Notes: a model not told the origin generated them from the sequence alone. Shown: positions 37,791 to 49,434, counted from the stretch's first letter. The stretch: DNA of 64,000 nt from Vicinamibacteria bacterium (GCA_964291235.2 OZ219815.1:224001-288000), one strand, 5' to 3'. Numbers and translations are program-made.

Positions 37791-38918
37791 ATGAAGTTTG
37801 AACCGTTCGTGATGGAACGCTGTCTTTGCCGGTGGGAAAACACCGTCCGGCTGAACATCTCGGAGAGCGGCGTCCACCCGATGACGCTCGCCGAACTCGC
37901 GGGGGACACGGACCTGGGCGACACCCTGCTCGGCTACACCCAGAGCAACGGCACGCTCCCGCTCCGTGAGCGCATCGCGGCGCTCTACCCCGGATCGACG
38001 CCGGACCAGATCCTCGTGACCACCGGCACCGCCGAGGCCAACTTCCTGTCGGCCCTGACCACCCTGTCGCCCGGCGACGAGGTGATCTCGATGATCCCCA
38101 ACTACATGCAGATCATCGGGGCGTGCCGATCGCTCGGCGCCCGGGTCATCCCGTTCCCGCTGGTCGAGGAAGACGGCTGGCGGCCCGACTTCGACGCCCT
38201 CGACGCCGCGGTCAGCGACCGCACGAAGATGATCCTCATCTGCAACCCGAACAACCCGAGCGGCGCGGTGCTGACCGAGCCCGAGATGGACCGGATCGTG
38301 GCTGCCGCGGAGCGCTGCGGCGCCTGGCTGCTGGCGGACGAGGTGTACCGGGGAGCGGAACTCAGCGGCGAGGAGTGCCCGACCTTCTGGGGACGGACAG
38401 ATCGGGTTCTCCTGAACGCCGGGCTCTCGAAGGCGTTCGGGCTACCCGGCCTCCGGGTCGGCTGGACGGTCACCACCGAGGCGAAGGCGACCGAACTGTG
38501 GAGTCACCGGGACTACAGCAGCCTCGCGCTGAGTGCGATGTCCGACCGGCTGGCGCAGATCGCGCTCGACCGGCGGCCCGAGATCCTGGAACGCACCCGG
38601 GGCATCATCCGCCGGCAACTCCCGATGGTCTATGACTGGGTGGCGTCCCACGCGAACCATCCGGTGGGGCTGAGCTGGACGCCGCCGCTCGCGGGCGCGA
38701 TCGCCGCGGTCCGCTACGACCACCCGATCGGATCCGAGGACCTCATCGAACGCCTCCGCATCGAGCGGAGCCTGCTGGTGGTGCCCGCGCACCACTTCGA
38801 GATGGACGGCTTCCTCCGGATCGGCTTCGGCGCCGAACCGGAGGTCCTGGCCGAAAGCCTCACCATCATCAGCGACGTCCTCGCCGAGGTCGCCGAAGAA
38901 ACCCTCGTCCACGCGTAG
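37791..38918 (+). CDS. class I/II PLP-dependent aminotransferase
   Basis: [28 protein letters not shown]. Confidence 0.93.
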   Translation: MKFEPFVMERCLCRWENTVRLNISESGVHPMTLAELAGDTDLGDTLLGYTQSNGTLPLRERIAALYPGSTPDQILVTTGTAEANFLSALTTLSPGDEVISMIPNYMQIIGACRSLGARVIPFPLVEEDGWRPDFDALDAAVSDRTKMILICNPNNPSGAVLTEPEMDRIVAAAERCGAWLLADEVYRGAELSGEECPTFWGRTDRVLLNAGLSKAFGLPGLRVGWTVTTEAKATELWSHRDYSSLALSAMSDRLAQIALDRRPEILERTRGIIRRQLPMVYDWVASHANHPVGLSWTPPLAGAIAAVRYDHPIGSEDLIERLRIERSLLVVPAHHFEMDGFLRIGFGAEPEVLAESLTIISDVLAEVAEETLVHA

Positions 38919-38963
38919 CGGCTAGGACAGCCCCTCACGAGCACGGACGGCGGGCGACCGCAA

Positions 38964-39007
38964 GGGAACGCCGGCCTCCAGGCCGGCACAGCCCCGCAAA
39001 GCGGGGC
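38964..39007. repeat. REP-like palindrome
   Basis: GGGAACGCCGGCCTCCAGGCCGGCACAGC plus GCCCCGC-AAA-GCGGGGC hairpin. Confidence 0.8.
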
Positions 39008-39098
39008 GGCGGGACGGTCCCTCACGCTCGCGGACGTTCCCCGTCTCGGCGCAGTCCCCCACTTCGCCCCGCAGCGCAGCGAAACGCGCAACGAACGA

Positions 39099-39491
39099 TC
39101 AGAGCCCGGAGGGCGGTCCGTGATGGATCTCGATCATCGTCTCGATGCGTGTAACCCGGCCCGACAGATCCTGTATCTCCGAGCGGAGCCCGGAGATCTC
39201 CCCGTGAACGCTTTGCTGGAATTGCAGAAGCTGCCCGCTGAGCGACGTGTATGCGAGGGCGCCCGCCCCCAACATGGCCGCCAGCAACGCGAACAGCCCC
39301 GCCAGCAGGGCGATCTGAATCCGGTCGGCTCGGGCGAGTGATTCACGGGAACGGACGCCGGTCCCGGCCGACGGTTCTACGGGAGCGCGTCCCATCGATC
39401 GTTCGTCACCGCCATCCGGCTCAGTATAGGGCCGGGGTGGCGGCTGTGGCGATGGCGCACCGAGGTGGGCGCGCGCGGTCGTTTCGGTCAT
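39099..39491 (-). CDS. small membrane protein with C-terminal coiled coil
   Basis: GGAGGG RBS, one TM helix, EISGLRSEIQDLSGRVTRIE heptads; shares its leader with the 17179/18915 genes. Confidence 0.65.
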   Translation of the reverse strand: MTETTARAHLGAPSPQPPPRPYTEPDGGDERSMGRAPVEPSAGTGVRSRESLARADRIQIALLAGLFALLAAMLGAGALAYTSLSGQLLQFQQSVHGEISGLRSEIQDLSGRVTRIETMIEIHHGPPSGL

Positions 39492-39605
39492 GGACAGGAA
39501 CCCTCCACAACCTCAGACGAAAAACGGCGTGTTCTTGTCCCACCTAACGACCCAGTGTGGAAAACTCGCGCCGAAGCCTCGGGCTCCCACAGGGAGACCT
39601 AGCTA

Positions 39606-39642
39606 CCGGCCTCCAGGCCGGCACAGCCCGCCGTAGGCGGGC
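39606..39642. repeat. REP-like palindrome
   Basis: CCGGCCTCCAGGCCGGCACAGCCCGCCGTAGGCGGGC. Confidence 0.75.
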
Positions 39643-39686
39643 GGAGCGCGCAGCGCAGCGCTCCCAGAAGGCTCGGCCGCCGGACC

Positions 39687-40991
39687 TCAGCCCGCCGGAA
39701 CCGGCCGCTCGTCGTACCCCAGGTAGAGCTGCTTCGGCCGAGCGATCTTCTGCTCCGGATCCTCCAGCATCTCCTGCCACTGGGCGAGCCAGCCTGACAT
39801 CCGCGGCACCGCGAACAGCACCGGGAAGAGGCCGACCGGGAACCCGAGCGCCTCGTAGATGATCCCGGAGTAGAAGTCCACGTTCGGGTAGAGGCGGCGC
39901 CGGACGAAGTAGTCCTCCTGGAGCGCGATCCGCTCCAGCTCGAGCGCGATGTCGATCTTCGGGTTCTTGCCGGTGATCTCGAAGACCTCGTAGGCGGTCT
40001 TCTTGATGATCTTGGCGCGGGGGTCGTAGCTCTTGTAAACCCGATGGCCGAAGCCCATGAGACGCCGGGACCCGCTCTTGACCTCTTTGAGGAACTCGCC
40101 GACCCGGTCCTTGCTCCCGATCTCGGTGAGCATCTTCAGCACGGCTTCATTGGCGCCGCCGTGGAGCGGGCCGTAGAGCGCCGCGGAGGCAGCGGCCGCC
40201 GAGGAGTAGGGGTCGGCGTGCGAGCTGCCCACCCCGCGCATCGCCGAGGTGGAGCAGTTCTGCTCGTGGTCAACGTGCAGAATGAAGAGGACGTCCATAG
40301 CGCTCGCGAGCGCGGGATCGATTGCGGCGTCCTCGCCGAACACCATCCGCAGGAAGTTCGCGGGGAAGCTCAGGCTCTCGTCCGGCGCCACCGGTGCGAG
40401 GCCCTTGCCGTGCCGGTAGGTCATCGCGGCGAGGGTGGACGCGGCGGCGATCAGCCGGCGGATGTGGAACGCGCGGCACTCGGGGTCGGTGACGTTCTTC
40501 GAGTCGGGATGATGGGCGCCCAGCCCGGAGAGCAGCGCGATGAACATCGCCATCGGGTGGCCATCCCGCGCGAATCCGTCGAGCATCCGCGGCAGCGGGT
40601 CGGAGACGGCCTGGAGGGCCCGGACCTCGGCCCGCCAGCTTGCGCTCTCCTCGGGCGTCGGCAGTTCGCCGTTCAGGACCAGCCAGGCGATGTCGAGATA
40701 GGTGTGGCGTCCGGCGAGCTGTTCGATGGGATAACCGCGGTAGCGAAGGATCCCCTTGTCGCCGTCGATGTAGGTGATCCGGCTGATGCAGGCCGCGGTG
40801 TTCTTGAAGGCCGGGTCGTAGGCGGCGATCCCCGGGTCATCGTCCCCGGCGCGCACCTGGCTGAGCCCCGCGGCGCGGATCGCGCCGTGCTCGATATCGA
40901 GGCGGTAGTCTGCTCCGGTGCGGCTGTCGGTGAGGGTCAGAGCCCCCTCGCGAAGAGGGCCGTCGGCTTCCGTTCCGTTCTTTTCGCTCAA
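39687..40991 (-). CDS. gltA: citrate synthase
   Basis: DHEQNCST, GPLHGGANE, MGFGHRVYK, YPNVDFYSG. Confidence 0.96.
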   Translation of the reverse strand: MSEKNGTEADGPLREGALTLTDSRTGADYRLDIEHGAIRAAGLSQVRAGDDDPGIAAYDPAFKNTAACISRITYIDGDKGILRYRGYPIEQLAGRHTYLDIAWLVLNGELPTPEESASWRAEVRALQAVSDPLPRMLDGFARDGHPMAMFIALLSGLGAHHPDSKNVTDPECRAFHIRRLIAAASTLAAMTYRHGKGLAPVAPDESLSFPANFLRMVFGEDAAIDPALASAMDVLFILHVDHEQNCSTSAMRGVGSSHADPYSSAAAASAALYGPLHGGANEAVLKMLTEIGSKDRVGEFLKEVKSGSRRLMGFGHRVYKSYDPRAKIIKKTAYEVFEITGKNPKIDIALELERIALQEDYFVRRRLYPNVDFYSGIIYEALGFPVGLFPVLFAVPRMSGWLAQWQEMLEDPEQKIARPKQLYLGYDERPVPAG

Positions 40992-41072
40992 GGGCGCGCG
41001 ATTTTACCCGGTGAACATGCCGAAACCGATACAGGAAAAACGACCGCGGGGGCCGATTCCGGCGAGAGACGC

Positions 41073-42233
41073 ATGATGGGCGGGCAGCGATTCGCCGAAG
41101 TCGCCATCGTGGGCGGCGGGGTGATCGGGGCCTCGATCGCCGCTCATCTGGCCGAGCGGAAGGTCGGCCGAGTGGTGGTTTTCGAGCGCGAGGACGCTCT
41201 GGGGACCGGTTCCACCGCCAAGGCCGCCGGCGGCGTGCGGCTTCAGTTCACCACCGCAGCGAACGTGGCGCTGTCCCGATATTCCATGGAAGAGATCCGC
41301 AACTTCAAGGAGCGGACGGGGGTGGACGCCGACTTCGCGCAGGACGGGTATCTGTTCCTGCTGAACTCGGAGGAGGATTTGGCGCGGTTCTCCGAGACGG
41401 CGGTGGTGCAGCGGGCGCTGGGGGCGCCGGTGGAGGTGATCACCCCGGAGGAGGCGCGGCGGCTCCTGCCCGGGATCCGGACGGACGACCTGGTGGGTGC
41501 GACGTTTTGCGGGGAGGACGGGGTGGCGACGCCGGCGGCGCTGGTGGCGGGGTACGGGTCGCTGGCGCGGCGCGCGGGCGCGGAGCTGCGGCGCGGGTGC
41601 GAGGTGACCGAGATTTCGGTGGCCGAGGGGGGTGGTTTTGCCTTTGTCGCTGGCGGAGAGCGGTGGGAGTGCGAGTGGCTTGTGAATGCCGCGGGGCCGT
41701 GGGCAGGTCCGGTGGGGGCGTTGCTCGGGGTGGATGTTCCGGTCTCGCCGGTGCGGCGACAGTTCTTCACGACGGAACCGCTGTCGTGGGTTCCGGAACG
41801 GATGCCGCTGACCATCGATTGGGGGACCGGCGTTTACCTGCACCTCCACAGCGGCGGGATGCTCATCGGCAACTCGGACCCCGACGAACCGCCCGGGTTC
41901 TCCCAGACTCCGGATCTGGACTATCTGGCCGGAGTTTGGGAGGACGCGGCGCGGCGGTTACCCCGGGTGGAGGAGGCGTCGATGAAGACGCTGAACGCGG
42001 GGTTGTATGAGGTGTCGCCGGATCACAACGCGATCCTGGGTCCGGTGCCGGGGCTGCCGCGGTTTGTCCTGGCGAATGGATTCTCGGGGCACGGGATGCA
42101 GCATGCCCCGGCGGTGGGGAGGGTGATCTCCGAGGTCATCGCGGATGGGGAGTCCCGGACGCTGGACATCGCGCCGTTCTCGGTGGCGCGGTTCACGGCA
42201 GGGCTCAGGCTGCCCGAGCGGAACGTCATCTGA
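41073..42233 (+). CDS. FAD-dependent oxidoreductase (DAO / sarcosine oxidase beta-like)
   Basis: IVGGGVIG, GSTAKAAGGVR, VNAAGPW, SPDHNAILG, GFSGHGMQ. Confidence 0.92.
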   Translation: MMGGQRFAEVAIVGGGVIGASIAAHLAERKVGRVVVFEREDALGTGSTAKAAGGVRLQFTTAANVALSRYSMEEIRNFKERTGVDADFAQDGYLFLLNSEEDLARFSETAVVQRALGAPVEVITPEEARRLLPGIRTDDLVGATFCGEDGVATPAALVAGYGSLARRAGAELRRGCEVTEISVAEGGGFAFVAGGERWECEWLVNAAGPWAGPVGALLGVDVPVSPVRRQFFTTEPLSWVPERMPLTIDWGTGVYLHLHSGGMLIGNSDPDEPPGFSQTPDLDYLAGVWEDAARRLPRVEEASMKTLNAGLYEVSPDHNAILGPVPGLPRFVLANGFSGHGMQHAPAVGRVISEVIADGESRTLDIAPFSVARFTAGLRLPERNVI

Positions 42234-42241
42234 CAACGCGG

Positions 42242-45200
42242 TCAGACGGTCGGGACCTCCATCCCGCACTCCTCAAGGCGCTGACGGGCCAAACGTTGCT
42301 CGTCATCTGTAAACAGTGACCGCCATGCGGGTTGAAGCATCAGATACTCGAACGTCAGGTCGAGACGCTTGCGCAAATAGAGCGCAGTGAATCCATCAGA
42401 CATGTCCGGCAGCAACCGTCTGACGGTTTCCACTCCTCCGTATTCCTGCAGCATTTGCAGGAACCGCGCCGGGTAATACCCGGCCTCGCGCTTCGCTCGA
42501 TCGCAGATCCGCCTCAATTCGGCATCGAATTCCTGCTGAAGCGCAACCCGGTTTTTGGACACCAAAACCTCCTGCGCTCGGGGTGCCTCCCGACCGCGAC
42601 CGTACCTTGATTCTATGTCCCTGCGAGAGTCTCCAGAGTCGGTCGTTGCCCAGCTCGCGGAGAGGTGCTCAGCCTGTTCCAGGACCGTATTCGTGGCCTT
42701 CTCCTGCTTGTCCGGTGGGTAGCCGTGCTTGCGGAGGGTCCGCTTCACGAGAACCCGGAGCTTGGCCCGCACGTTCTCGCGTAGCGTCCAGTCAATCGTG
42801 ACGTTGTTCCGAACCTTACCCACCAACTCGCGGGCGATGTGACGCAGAGTCTCGTCGCCCAGCACCTTCACGGCGCTGTCGTTCGCCTCCAGCGCGTCGT
42901 AAAAGGCGAGTTCGTCGTCGGTTAGCCCAAGCTCCTCGCCGCGGGCGTTCGCCTCGCGCATGTTCCGGGCGAGTTCGATCAGCTCCTCGATTACCTGGGC
43001 CGCCTCGATGGCCCGGTTCTGGTAGCGGCGGAGCGTCTGTTCGAGCATCTCTGCGAAGGATCGTGCCTGGACCAGGTTCTTCTTCCGCCGGGCGGTGAGT
43101 TCGCCCTTCAGCAACTTCTGGAGCAGTTCGACGGCCAGGTTGCGGTGCGGCATTCCCCGCACCTCGGCCAGGAACTCGTCAGAGAGGATGGAGATGTCCG
43201 GCTTGTCGAGGCCTGCCGCTGCGAAGATGTCCACGACGCCTTCCGAGGCGACCGCGCGCGAGACGAGTTGCCGCACCGCATGGTCGAGTTCTTCTTCCGG
43301 CCGCGCGGCCGCGGCGGCGCGCTTCACCAGCACCGACTGCACTGCCTGGAAGAACGCTACGTCATCCCGAATCCGGCGGGTCTCCGGATGCGGGACCGCC
43401 AGTGCAAACGCCTCTGAGAGTTCACGGACCGCGGCCACGAAACGGTCCTTGCCGTCCGGCTGAGCCAGGATGTGCTCCTGCGCCGCCGGGAGCAGCGCGA
43501 GCCGTTCCGCCGGAGCGCCGGTTGTCCACAACGACCAGTCGAACCCGTAGAGCATGCTGCAGCAGATCGCGTACTTTTCCAGCATCGCCGCGACGGCGTC
43601 TTCCTGATCGAGCGCCGTGCGGCCGGTCCCACCGCTCTCGGTGTAGGTGGCAAGGGCCTGCTTGAGTTCGTGCGCGAGGCCGAGATAGTCCACGACGAGA
43701 CCGCCCCGCTTGTCCCGGAACACGCGGTTCACGCGGGCGATTGCCTGCATCAGCCCGTGGCCACGCATCGGCTTGTCCACGTACATCGTGTGGAGGCTGG
43801 GAGCGTCGAACCCGGTCAACCACATATCCCGCACCAGCACGAAGTCGAGCGGATCGCCTGGATCACGGAAGCGCTTGGCGAGACGCTCGCGCCGCTTCTT
43901 ACTCCGGATGTGCTGCTGCCACTCGGTCGGATCCGATGCGGAGCCCGTCATCATGACCTTGATGCGCCCCCGTTCGTCGTTCTCGTCGTGCCAGGTCGGT
44001 TGTAGCCGAGTCAGCTCGCGATACAGGTCAGCACAGATACGCCGGCTCATGCACACAACCATCGCCTTGCCGTCGAGAGCCTCAAGACGACTCTCGAAGT
44101 GGTCCAGGATGTCTTGCGCGACGAGCCGGAGCCGCTTCTCCGTTCCGACGACCGCCTCCAGTTGCGCCCACTTCGTCTTCAGGCGTTCCTTGCGCGCGAC
44201 CTCTTCACCTTCGGTGGCTTCCTCGAAGTCGGGATCGATTCGTGGTTTTTCCCCCTCGTCGAGGGCCAACCTGGCAAGACGGCTCTCGTAGTAGATGGGG
44301 ACAGTGGCGCCGTCCTCCACCGCACGCTGGATGTCGTAGATGCTGATGTGTTCGCCGAACACGGCGCGGGTGTTCGCGTCCTTCAGCTCGATGGGTGTGC
44401 CGGTGAAGCCGACGAAGGACGCGTTCGGCAAGGCATCCCGCATGTGGTGCGCATAGCCGTCCACGAACTCGTACTGGCTGCGGTGGGCCTCGTCGGCGAT
44501 CACCACGATGTTGCGCCGGTCGGAAAGGAGCGGGTGCCGGCCGCCCTTCTCATCGGGAAAGAACTTCTGGATCGTCGTGAAGACGACTCCCCCGGCCCGG
44601 ACCGAGAGCTTGCGTCTCAGGTCGTCCCGGCTCTCCGCCTGGACCGGGGGCTGGCGGAGCAGCTCGCTGCAGCGGGAGAACGTGCCGAAGAGCTGGTCGT
44701 CGAGATCGTTCCGGTCGGTCAGTACTACGATGGTCGGGTTCTCCATCGCGGGCTCCCGGATGACGGCGCCCGCGTAGAACACCATCGTCAGGCTCTTTCC
44801 CGAGCCTTGGGTGTGCCAGATGACCCCGACACGCCGGTCGCCCGGCGATCCGCCGGGGTTCTGGCCGGTCTCGTACCGGCCGTTCGGCTCCGCGAACTGG
44901 GTCATTTCACTGGCACGAACCGTCTCGGAGACGGCGACCCGCGCGGCGTGGAACTGGTGATAACCCGCCATGACCTTCGCGAGCTTCCCGCCGTCGTCTT
45001 CGATGACGATGAAGTCGCGGAGGAGCGCGAGCAGCTTCTCCGGGTCGCAGACTCCCCGGAGCAGCACTTCCAGTTGGAGGCGTTCAGGTGCAGCGACCGT
45101 TTGCCCCGAGATGGTGCGCCAGGGCTTGAACCACTCACGCCCCGCCGTCAGCGTGCCGAGCCGCGCTTCGGTTCCGTCGGAGACGATCAGGACCTCGTTG

Positions 45201-45757
45201 AACGAGAAGAGCGTCGGGAGCTCGGCCTTGTAGGTCTGGAGCTGCTGCCACGCCGTCCAGATGGTCGCGTCCCCGTCCGCCGGGTTCTTCAGTTCGATCA
45301 CGCCCAGCGGCAAGCCGTTCACGAACAACACGATGTCGGGACGGCGTTCGTTCTTGTTCTCGACGACCGTGAACTGATTGACCGCCAGCCAGTCGTTGTT
45401 GGTGGGGTCCTCGAAGTCGAGCACCCGCGCCGGCGCACCGCGCACCGTCCCGTCGTCGTCGCGGTACTCGACAAGCACCCCGTCCACCAACATGCGGTGG
45501 AAACTCCGATTGCGCGCTTCGAGCGTGGCGCCCGGTGGTGACGTCAGCTTTCGGAAAGCGTCGTCCAAGGCGTCCGTGGGAAGAGCGGGGTTCAGGTTCG
45601 CCAGCCGGTCTCGCAGGATCCGGGGCAGCACAACATCACCGTAGGTGTCGCGCAGCCCGTAAGGTCGGGGCTCCGGAGCGTGGGTGATTCGGTAGCCGAG
45701 GGCTTGGAGCCAGCCGAGGGCAGCGTCCTCGACGATGGATTCGGTGATCTTCGGCAC
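42242..45757 (-). CDS. hsdR: type I restriction endonuclease subunit R with C-terminal extension
   Basis: [15 protein letters not shown] nuclease, [36 protein letters not shown]. Confidence 0.96.
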   Translation of the reverse strand: MPKITESIVEDAALGWLQALGYRITHAPEPRPYGLRDTYGDVVLPRILRDRLANLNPALPTDALDDAFRKLTSPPGATLEARNRSFHRMLVDGVLVEYRDDDGTVRGAPARVLDFEDPTNNDWLAVNQFTVVENKNERRPDIVLFVNGLPLGVIELKNPADGDATIWTAWQQLQTYKAELPTLFSFNEVLIVSDGTEARLGTLTAGREWFKPWRTISGQTVAAPERLQLEVLLRGVCDPEKLLALLRDFIVIEDDGGKLAKVMAGYHQFHAARVAVSETVRASEMTQFAEPNGRYETGQNPGGSPGDRRVGVIWHTQGSGKSLTMVFYAGAVIREPAMENPTIVVLTDRNDLDDQLFGTFSRCSELLRQPPVQAESRDDLRRKLSVRAGGVVFTTIQKFFPDEKGGRHPLLSDRRNIVVIADEAHRSQYEFVDGYAHHMRDALPNASFVGFTGTPIELKDANTRAVFGEHISIYDIQRAVEDGATVPIYYESRLARLALDEGEKPRIDPDFEEATEGEEVARKERLKTKWAQLEAVVGTEKRLRLVAQDILDHFESRLEALDGKAMVVCMSRRICADLYRELTRLQPTWHDENDERGRIKVMMTGSASDPTEWQQHIRSKKRRERLAKRFRDPGDPLDFVLVRDMWLTGFDAPSLHTMYVDKPMRGHGLMQAIARVNRVFRDKRGGLVVDYLGLAHELKQALATYTESGGTGRTALDQEDAVAAMLEKYAICCSMLYGFDWSLWTTGAPAERLALLPAAQEHILAQPDGKDRFVAAVRELSEAFALAVPHPETRRIRDDVAFFQAVQSVLVKRAAAAARPEEELDHAVRQLVSRAVASEGVVDIFAAAGLDKPDISILSDEFLAEVRGMPHRNLAVELLQKLLKGELTARRKKNLVQARSFAEMLEQTLRRYQNRAIEAAQVIEELIELARNMREANARGEELGLTDDELAFYDALEANDSAVKVLGDETLRHIARELVGKVRNNVTIDWTLRENVRAKLRVLVKRTLRKHGYPPDKQEKATNTVLEQAEHLSASWATTDSGDSRRDIESRYGRGREAPRAQEVLVSKNRVALQQEFDAELRRICDRAKREAGYYPARFLQMLQEYGGVETVRRLLPDMSDGFTALYLRKRLDLTFEYLMLQPAWRSLFTDDEQRLARQRLEECGMEVPTV

Positions 45758-45771
45758 GGAGGGTCGAGTGT

Positions 45772-47196
45772 TTAGGAACGGACCCGTGCTCCAGGGTCGG
45801 CGTAGCGGTCAACGAGAGCCGCAGGCAGGCGGACTTCGCCGGACACAAGCGCCGGCAGGAGCGTGTCACGGATTTCGGCCAATCTTCGAAACGTCCGACG
45901 ACTGGCACCGATTTCGTCCACTAGCGGACCCACGGTCGCGGAGAACTCCCTTCGGACGCGCGCATCCGCCAGCACAACAGGAGTCGCCGCAACCATGTCC
46001 CCCCCAATCGCCGGATACGCACCGCCATCCGCAAGCAGAGCCAGCCGATTCACATTGTCCGGGGAGGTGGCGGCACACCATAGCAACTCTCGGTCGTGTG
46101 GCGCACAGGGCCGGAGTACCGCGAAACCGGTGCTCCCCGTGAGACCGTCTTCGTCAATCAAGGCATAGGAACCATTTCCCGGCCTCACGGTGCCTACAAC
46201 GGTGTCCCCGTTCCTGAGCACACGCCGGGCGCGGCTCGGAGCCTCTTGCCACCTGTAGCATGGGACATCCCCGAGCACCCCCCATTTCGTGTTCTTGAGA
46301 TCAAGGTATCGGATCGTCTCGGGTGGTTCGGTGGAGTTCCATACCTCCGGATTCAGCACCGCAAGGTGACGAAGCGCCCCCGGCTCCCAACCTTCAGGAA
46401 TCTCGCCCAACTCCGATGCGACAAGCCGATCCGGGAACAAATCGGCGACCTCCGGCGGCAGTTTCGGATCGCGGCCCTCCATCTTCGCCCGAACCGGATC
46501 GAAGTCCACGAACCACGACTTGAAGAGCGCCCGCGCCATCGCCTCCAGCGTCTCGTTCATCCGCCGGTTCAGCTCGATCCTGTCGTCCAGAGCGCCAAGC
46601 ACGCCAGCAATCGCCCGTTGCTCGCGCAGCGGCGGCATAGGAATCTCGACCGACCGGAGATAGCTGACCGGCTGAGCGATGGAGGGAACGCCAACCTGGG
46701 AGGAGTTGGCGAGCAGTTTGTGCTGTCCCTCCCTCGAGCGGAAGAAATGCGTCAGAAACGCCGGGTCGGCCTTGGTTTCATCGCAGCGCAGGTAGAACTG
46801 GCGTTGAGAAATCACATAGCGAGTGAAGTTCGCGGTCCGGGGGATGTAGGCGACTTGGCCTATGTTTCCGGCATGCGTGAAGATCACATCACCCGGGTGG
46901 ACGTTGGCATTCGAAAGACGCTGAGCGTGCTCGGGAGTAACGAAGTTGAAGCCAGGTGACTCGTCCACTCGACTACCGTGAAGGTGCTGCCCACTGATCA
47001 CAGGCACGCCTGACGGGACGAAAGTCGAGACCTTGATGGATGAGCCGAAGGGTCCCATGCCGACTCGCGCGATGTCTTCGATTCGTATGATGCGCCAGTC
47101 ACGAATGACGCGCCCCACGCTCGTTGTCATGGTGATCGATGATTTGCGTCCGCTGCGGGGCGGCTTCTCTCGGTTGTCGGCTCGGGCTTCCATCAT
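45772..47196 (-). CDS. hsdS: type I restriction-modification specificity subunit
   Basis: Two TRDs joined by [24 protein letters not shown]; C-terminal [12 protein letters not shown]. Confidence 0.93.
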   Translation of the reverse strand: MMEARADNREKPPRSGRKSSITMTTSVGRVIRDWRIIRIEDIARVGMGPFGSSIKVSTFVPSGVPVISGQHLHGSRVDESPGFNFVTPEHAQRLSNANVHPGDVIFTHAGNIGQVAYIPRTANFTRYVISQRQFYLRCDETKADPAFLTHFFRSREGQHKLLANSSQVGVPSIAQPVSYLRSVEIPMPPLREQRAIAGVLGALDDRIELNRRMNETLEAMARALFKSWFVDFDPVRAKMEGRDPKLPPEVADLFPDRLVASELGEIPEGWEPGALRHLAVLNPEVWNSTEPPETIRYLDLKNTKWGVLGDVPCYRWQEAPSRARRVLRNGDTVVGTVRPGNGSYALIDEDGLTGSTGFAVLRPCAPHDRELLWCAATSPDNVNRLALLADGGAYPAIGGDMVAATPVVLADARVRREFSATVGPLVDEIGASRRTFRRLAEIRDTLLPALVSGEVRLPAALVDRYADPGARVRS

Positions 47197-47452
47197 AGCC
47201 ACGGTTTGCGGTGCAGAACCAGAGCTTCGACAACTTCCAACACGTCCATTTGTTCAGGGAACCCAGACCGCGCGTCGTCGTGGGTTCCGTCCCACCGGGA
47301 GGCGTTCACGGTGGAGATCGATCGGCAATCGCTGGACTTGCTCGGCTACGAGGTCGTCATAGCTGCCTTCGTACCCATCCACCACGACGCGCAGGTCTTC
47401 CGGATACGCGGACAGCAGCCGAATCAGCACCGACCGTCAGATCTTTCGGCAT
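47193..47452 (-). pseudogene. frameshifted small hypothetical gene
   Basis: MPKDLTVG / LIRLLSAYPEDLRVVVDGYEGSYDDL / ..[11 protein letters not shown] needs two frame changes; stop overlaps the hsdS ATG. Confidence 0.5.
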
Positions 47453-47633
47453 TGCGCTTCCGGAACGGACTCGGCGCGTTCACGCGGGCTTTCGATGTGG
47501 AGCAGGATCGCCTTCGGCATCTCCGGGATTGTTTCGTCATGAGTGGACCGGTCGCAACGCGGCCGGACAGGTCCGACGCGTCGGGGGCGTAGTTGCGCGG
47601 CGTCTTCTCCATCACGATGGTGTATCGCATCAT
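47437..47633 (-). pseudogene. hicB: HicB family antitoxin, frameshifted
   Basis: MRYTIVMEKTPRNYA..DLSGRVATG, then in another frame HDETIPEMPKAILLHIES..VPE. Confidence 0.7.
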
Positions 47634-47664
47634 CCCTCCCAACCTGCCTGTCGAGGTCTTGCCT

Positions 47665-49434
47665 TCACCGAAGGTCCCGCGGCAAGCGGCCATCACGGGG
47701 CTCCGAAACCGCGCGGTATTCGAGCACCGCAGCCGGGTTGAAGAACCCCGCAATCCGAATCAGGAGTTGATTGCCTTGTTCGTCCCGGATGCGCAGCTCC
47801 TCGCCGCGGGTGAAGTGGACGGGTTGCGGGGCGCCATCCTGAATCACGAGGTCTCCAGAGACCGTGGCGCGCCCGGCGTCGTCTTCTCGTACCCGGAGGG
47901 ATCCGCGAAGCACGGGAAGCCGCCCGCTGCCGTCCGGGAGGATCAGGGAACCACCTTGAGTGAGCGCGGGCAACTCGAGGCACAGCGACCCGACCGACGC
48001 GTCCCAGGCTTCCACGCGCGAGGCATGTCCGGCGGCGGCGGCGAGCACGATCACGGGAAGCGCCGTCGAGTACACGTCGAGAACGGTTCCTCCATCCTCC
48101 CCGGTCGTTCCCGCGGCCTGGATGCCGTTCGGGTGGAGGACGACGACCTGAGCCCCGGCGATCCCCGCGCCACCGCCCTGCACCGCGATCCGCACGGTCT
48201 GCGGTTGCGCCGTGGTGGGCGCCGCCGGGAGCGTCAGGAACAGGTCGGAATCCGCGAGCAGCCGGTATTCGGGTCGCTTGCCGCTGAGCGCCAACGTCTC
48301 CCGAATGATGACCGAAACGCCGCTGCCGCGACGCTCCATGAAGAAGACCCGTTTGTGTGACCCCGGTATTCCCCGCACCGGGAGCCGGGCCAGCACCGAA
48401 ACGATCGCCTCGTTGCGAGTGGACTGGCGTGCGTCCAGGTCCGCAATCGTCAGGTTGTTTGGCAGGCTGCCGGGGACGTTGAGCTCCAAGCGGTCCGCGA
48501 ACATCGAGAGGCGGATCCGGCTCCCGCGGATCGAGTAGTCCCGATGCGCCACGGCGTTCACCACCGCCTCGAATACAACCTCGAGGCTGTACTCGGGAAG
48601 ATCCAGCCGCGCCGGCGATTTGTGAGCCCCGACGCGCATGTTGCGCTGCACGAAAGCCATCGCCCCCTCGACCTGTTCGTGGAGCGGGCCGGTGATGACC
48701 CGTGCATCTAACTGCTCCGCACCGCGGTCCACCCCGCGATAGTGCGTGGCGGTGATGCAGGCGTTCGGCAGCCACTGCTCCGGGGCGCGGCTGCACAGGA
48801 GAACCCCGGCGACCGTCGCCTCGGCCGCCTCCTCGGCCTCCGAGGCGAGGAGAGCCAGTTTCGTCAGGCCGCGGCGCGGATCGAGCCGCCCTTCCGCATC
48901 CAGCAGCGGCTTCCACAGCGACTCGTCGAGCGTACGGAACCCCGTCCCTGGCACGGCCTGTTTGTCGAACCAGAGAAAGCGCGCCTGGCTGCGCTGTTGG
49001 GCGAGTCGCAGCCGGTCGTCCGGTGACATCCGCTGCTTGCTGCTGCCGATGCGCCGGTACGCCCCTCCGGGGCTTTCGTGCTGGGCGTAACCCGCTTCGA
49101 CATCAACGGTGAGCACGGGCCGGTCGGGTTCGATCAAGTGGCGTCGAATGTCCGCCTCGATGGAAGGCCTGATCTTGTTGCGGCAGACGTCCACCACGAT
49201 GCGTTCGAGTTCGTCGAGCTGGGGCCGCGTCATTCCCTGAACGTCGCCGCTGTCCGTGACCCCGAGGAGCAAGACCCCGCCCCGCCCGTTGGCGAACGCC
49301 GCCAACTCGTCGGCGAGCGCATTGGGACTCGGACCGGCAAGCCGGTTTCCGCGAAACGCGACCTCCTTGAACTCCCACCGTGCGTCTTCGCCGAGACGGA
49401 TGCGAGCCTGGAGGTCTGTCGCGTCAAACGTCAT
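47665..49434 (-). CDS. AlbA_2/Schlafen plus HATPase_c_4 protein with a beta-rich C-terminal domain
   Basis: GEDARWEFKE, AFANGRGGVLLLGVTD; EAVVNAVAHRDY, MERRGSG; about 170-aa beta-rich tail. Confidence 0.88.
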   Translation of the reverse strand: MTFDATDLQARIRLGEDARWEFKEVAFRGNRLAGPSPNALADELAAFANGRGGVLLLGVTDSGDVQGMTRPQLDELERIVVDVCRNKIRPSIEADIRRHLIEPDRPVLTVDVEAGYAQHESPGGAYRRIGSSKQRMSPDDRLRLAQQRSQARFLWFDKQAVPGTGFRTLDESLWKPLLDAEGRLDPRRGLTKLALLASEAEEAAEATVAGVLLCSRAPEQWLPNACITATHYRGVDRGAEQLDARVITGPLHEQVEGAMAFVQRNMRVGAHKSPARLDLPEYSLEVVFEAVVNAVAHRDYSIRGSRIRLSMFADRLELNVPGSLPNNLTIADLDARQSTRNEAIVSVLARLPVRGIPGSHKRVFFMERRGSGVSVIIRETLALSGKRPEYRLLADSDLFLTLPAAPTTAQPQTVRIAVQGGGAGIAGAQVVVLHPNGIQAAGTTGEDGGTVLDVYSTALPVIVLAAAAGHASRVEAWDASVGSLCLELPALTQGGSLILPDGSGRLPVLRGSLRVREDDAGRATVSGDLVIQDGAPQPVHFTRGEELRIRDEQGNQLLIRIAGFFNPAAVLEYRAVSEPRDGRLPRDLR

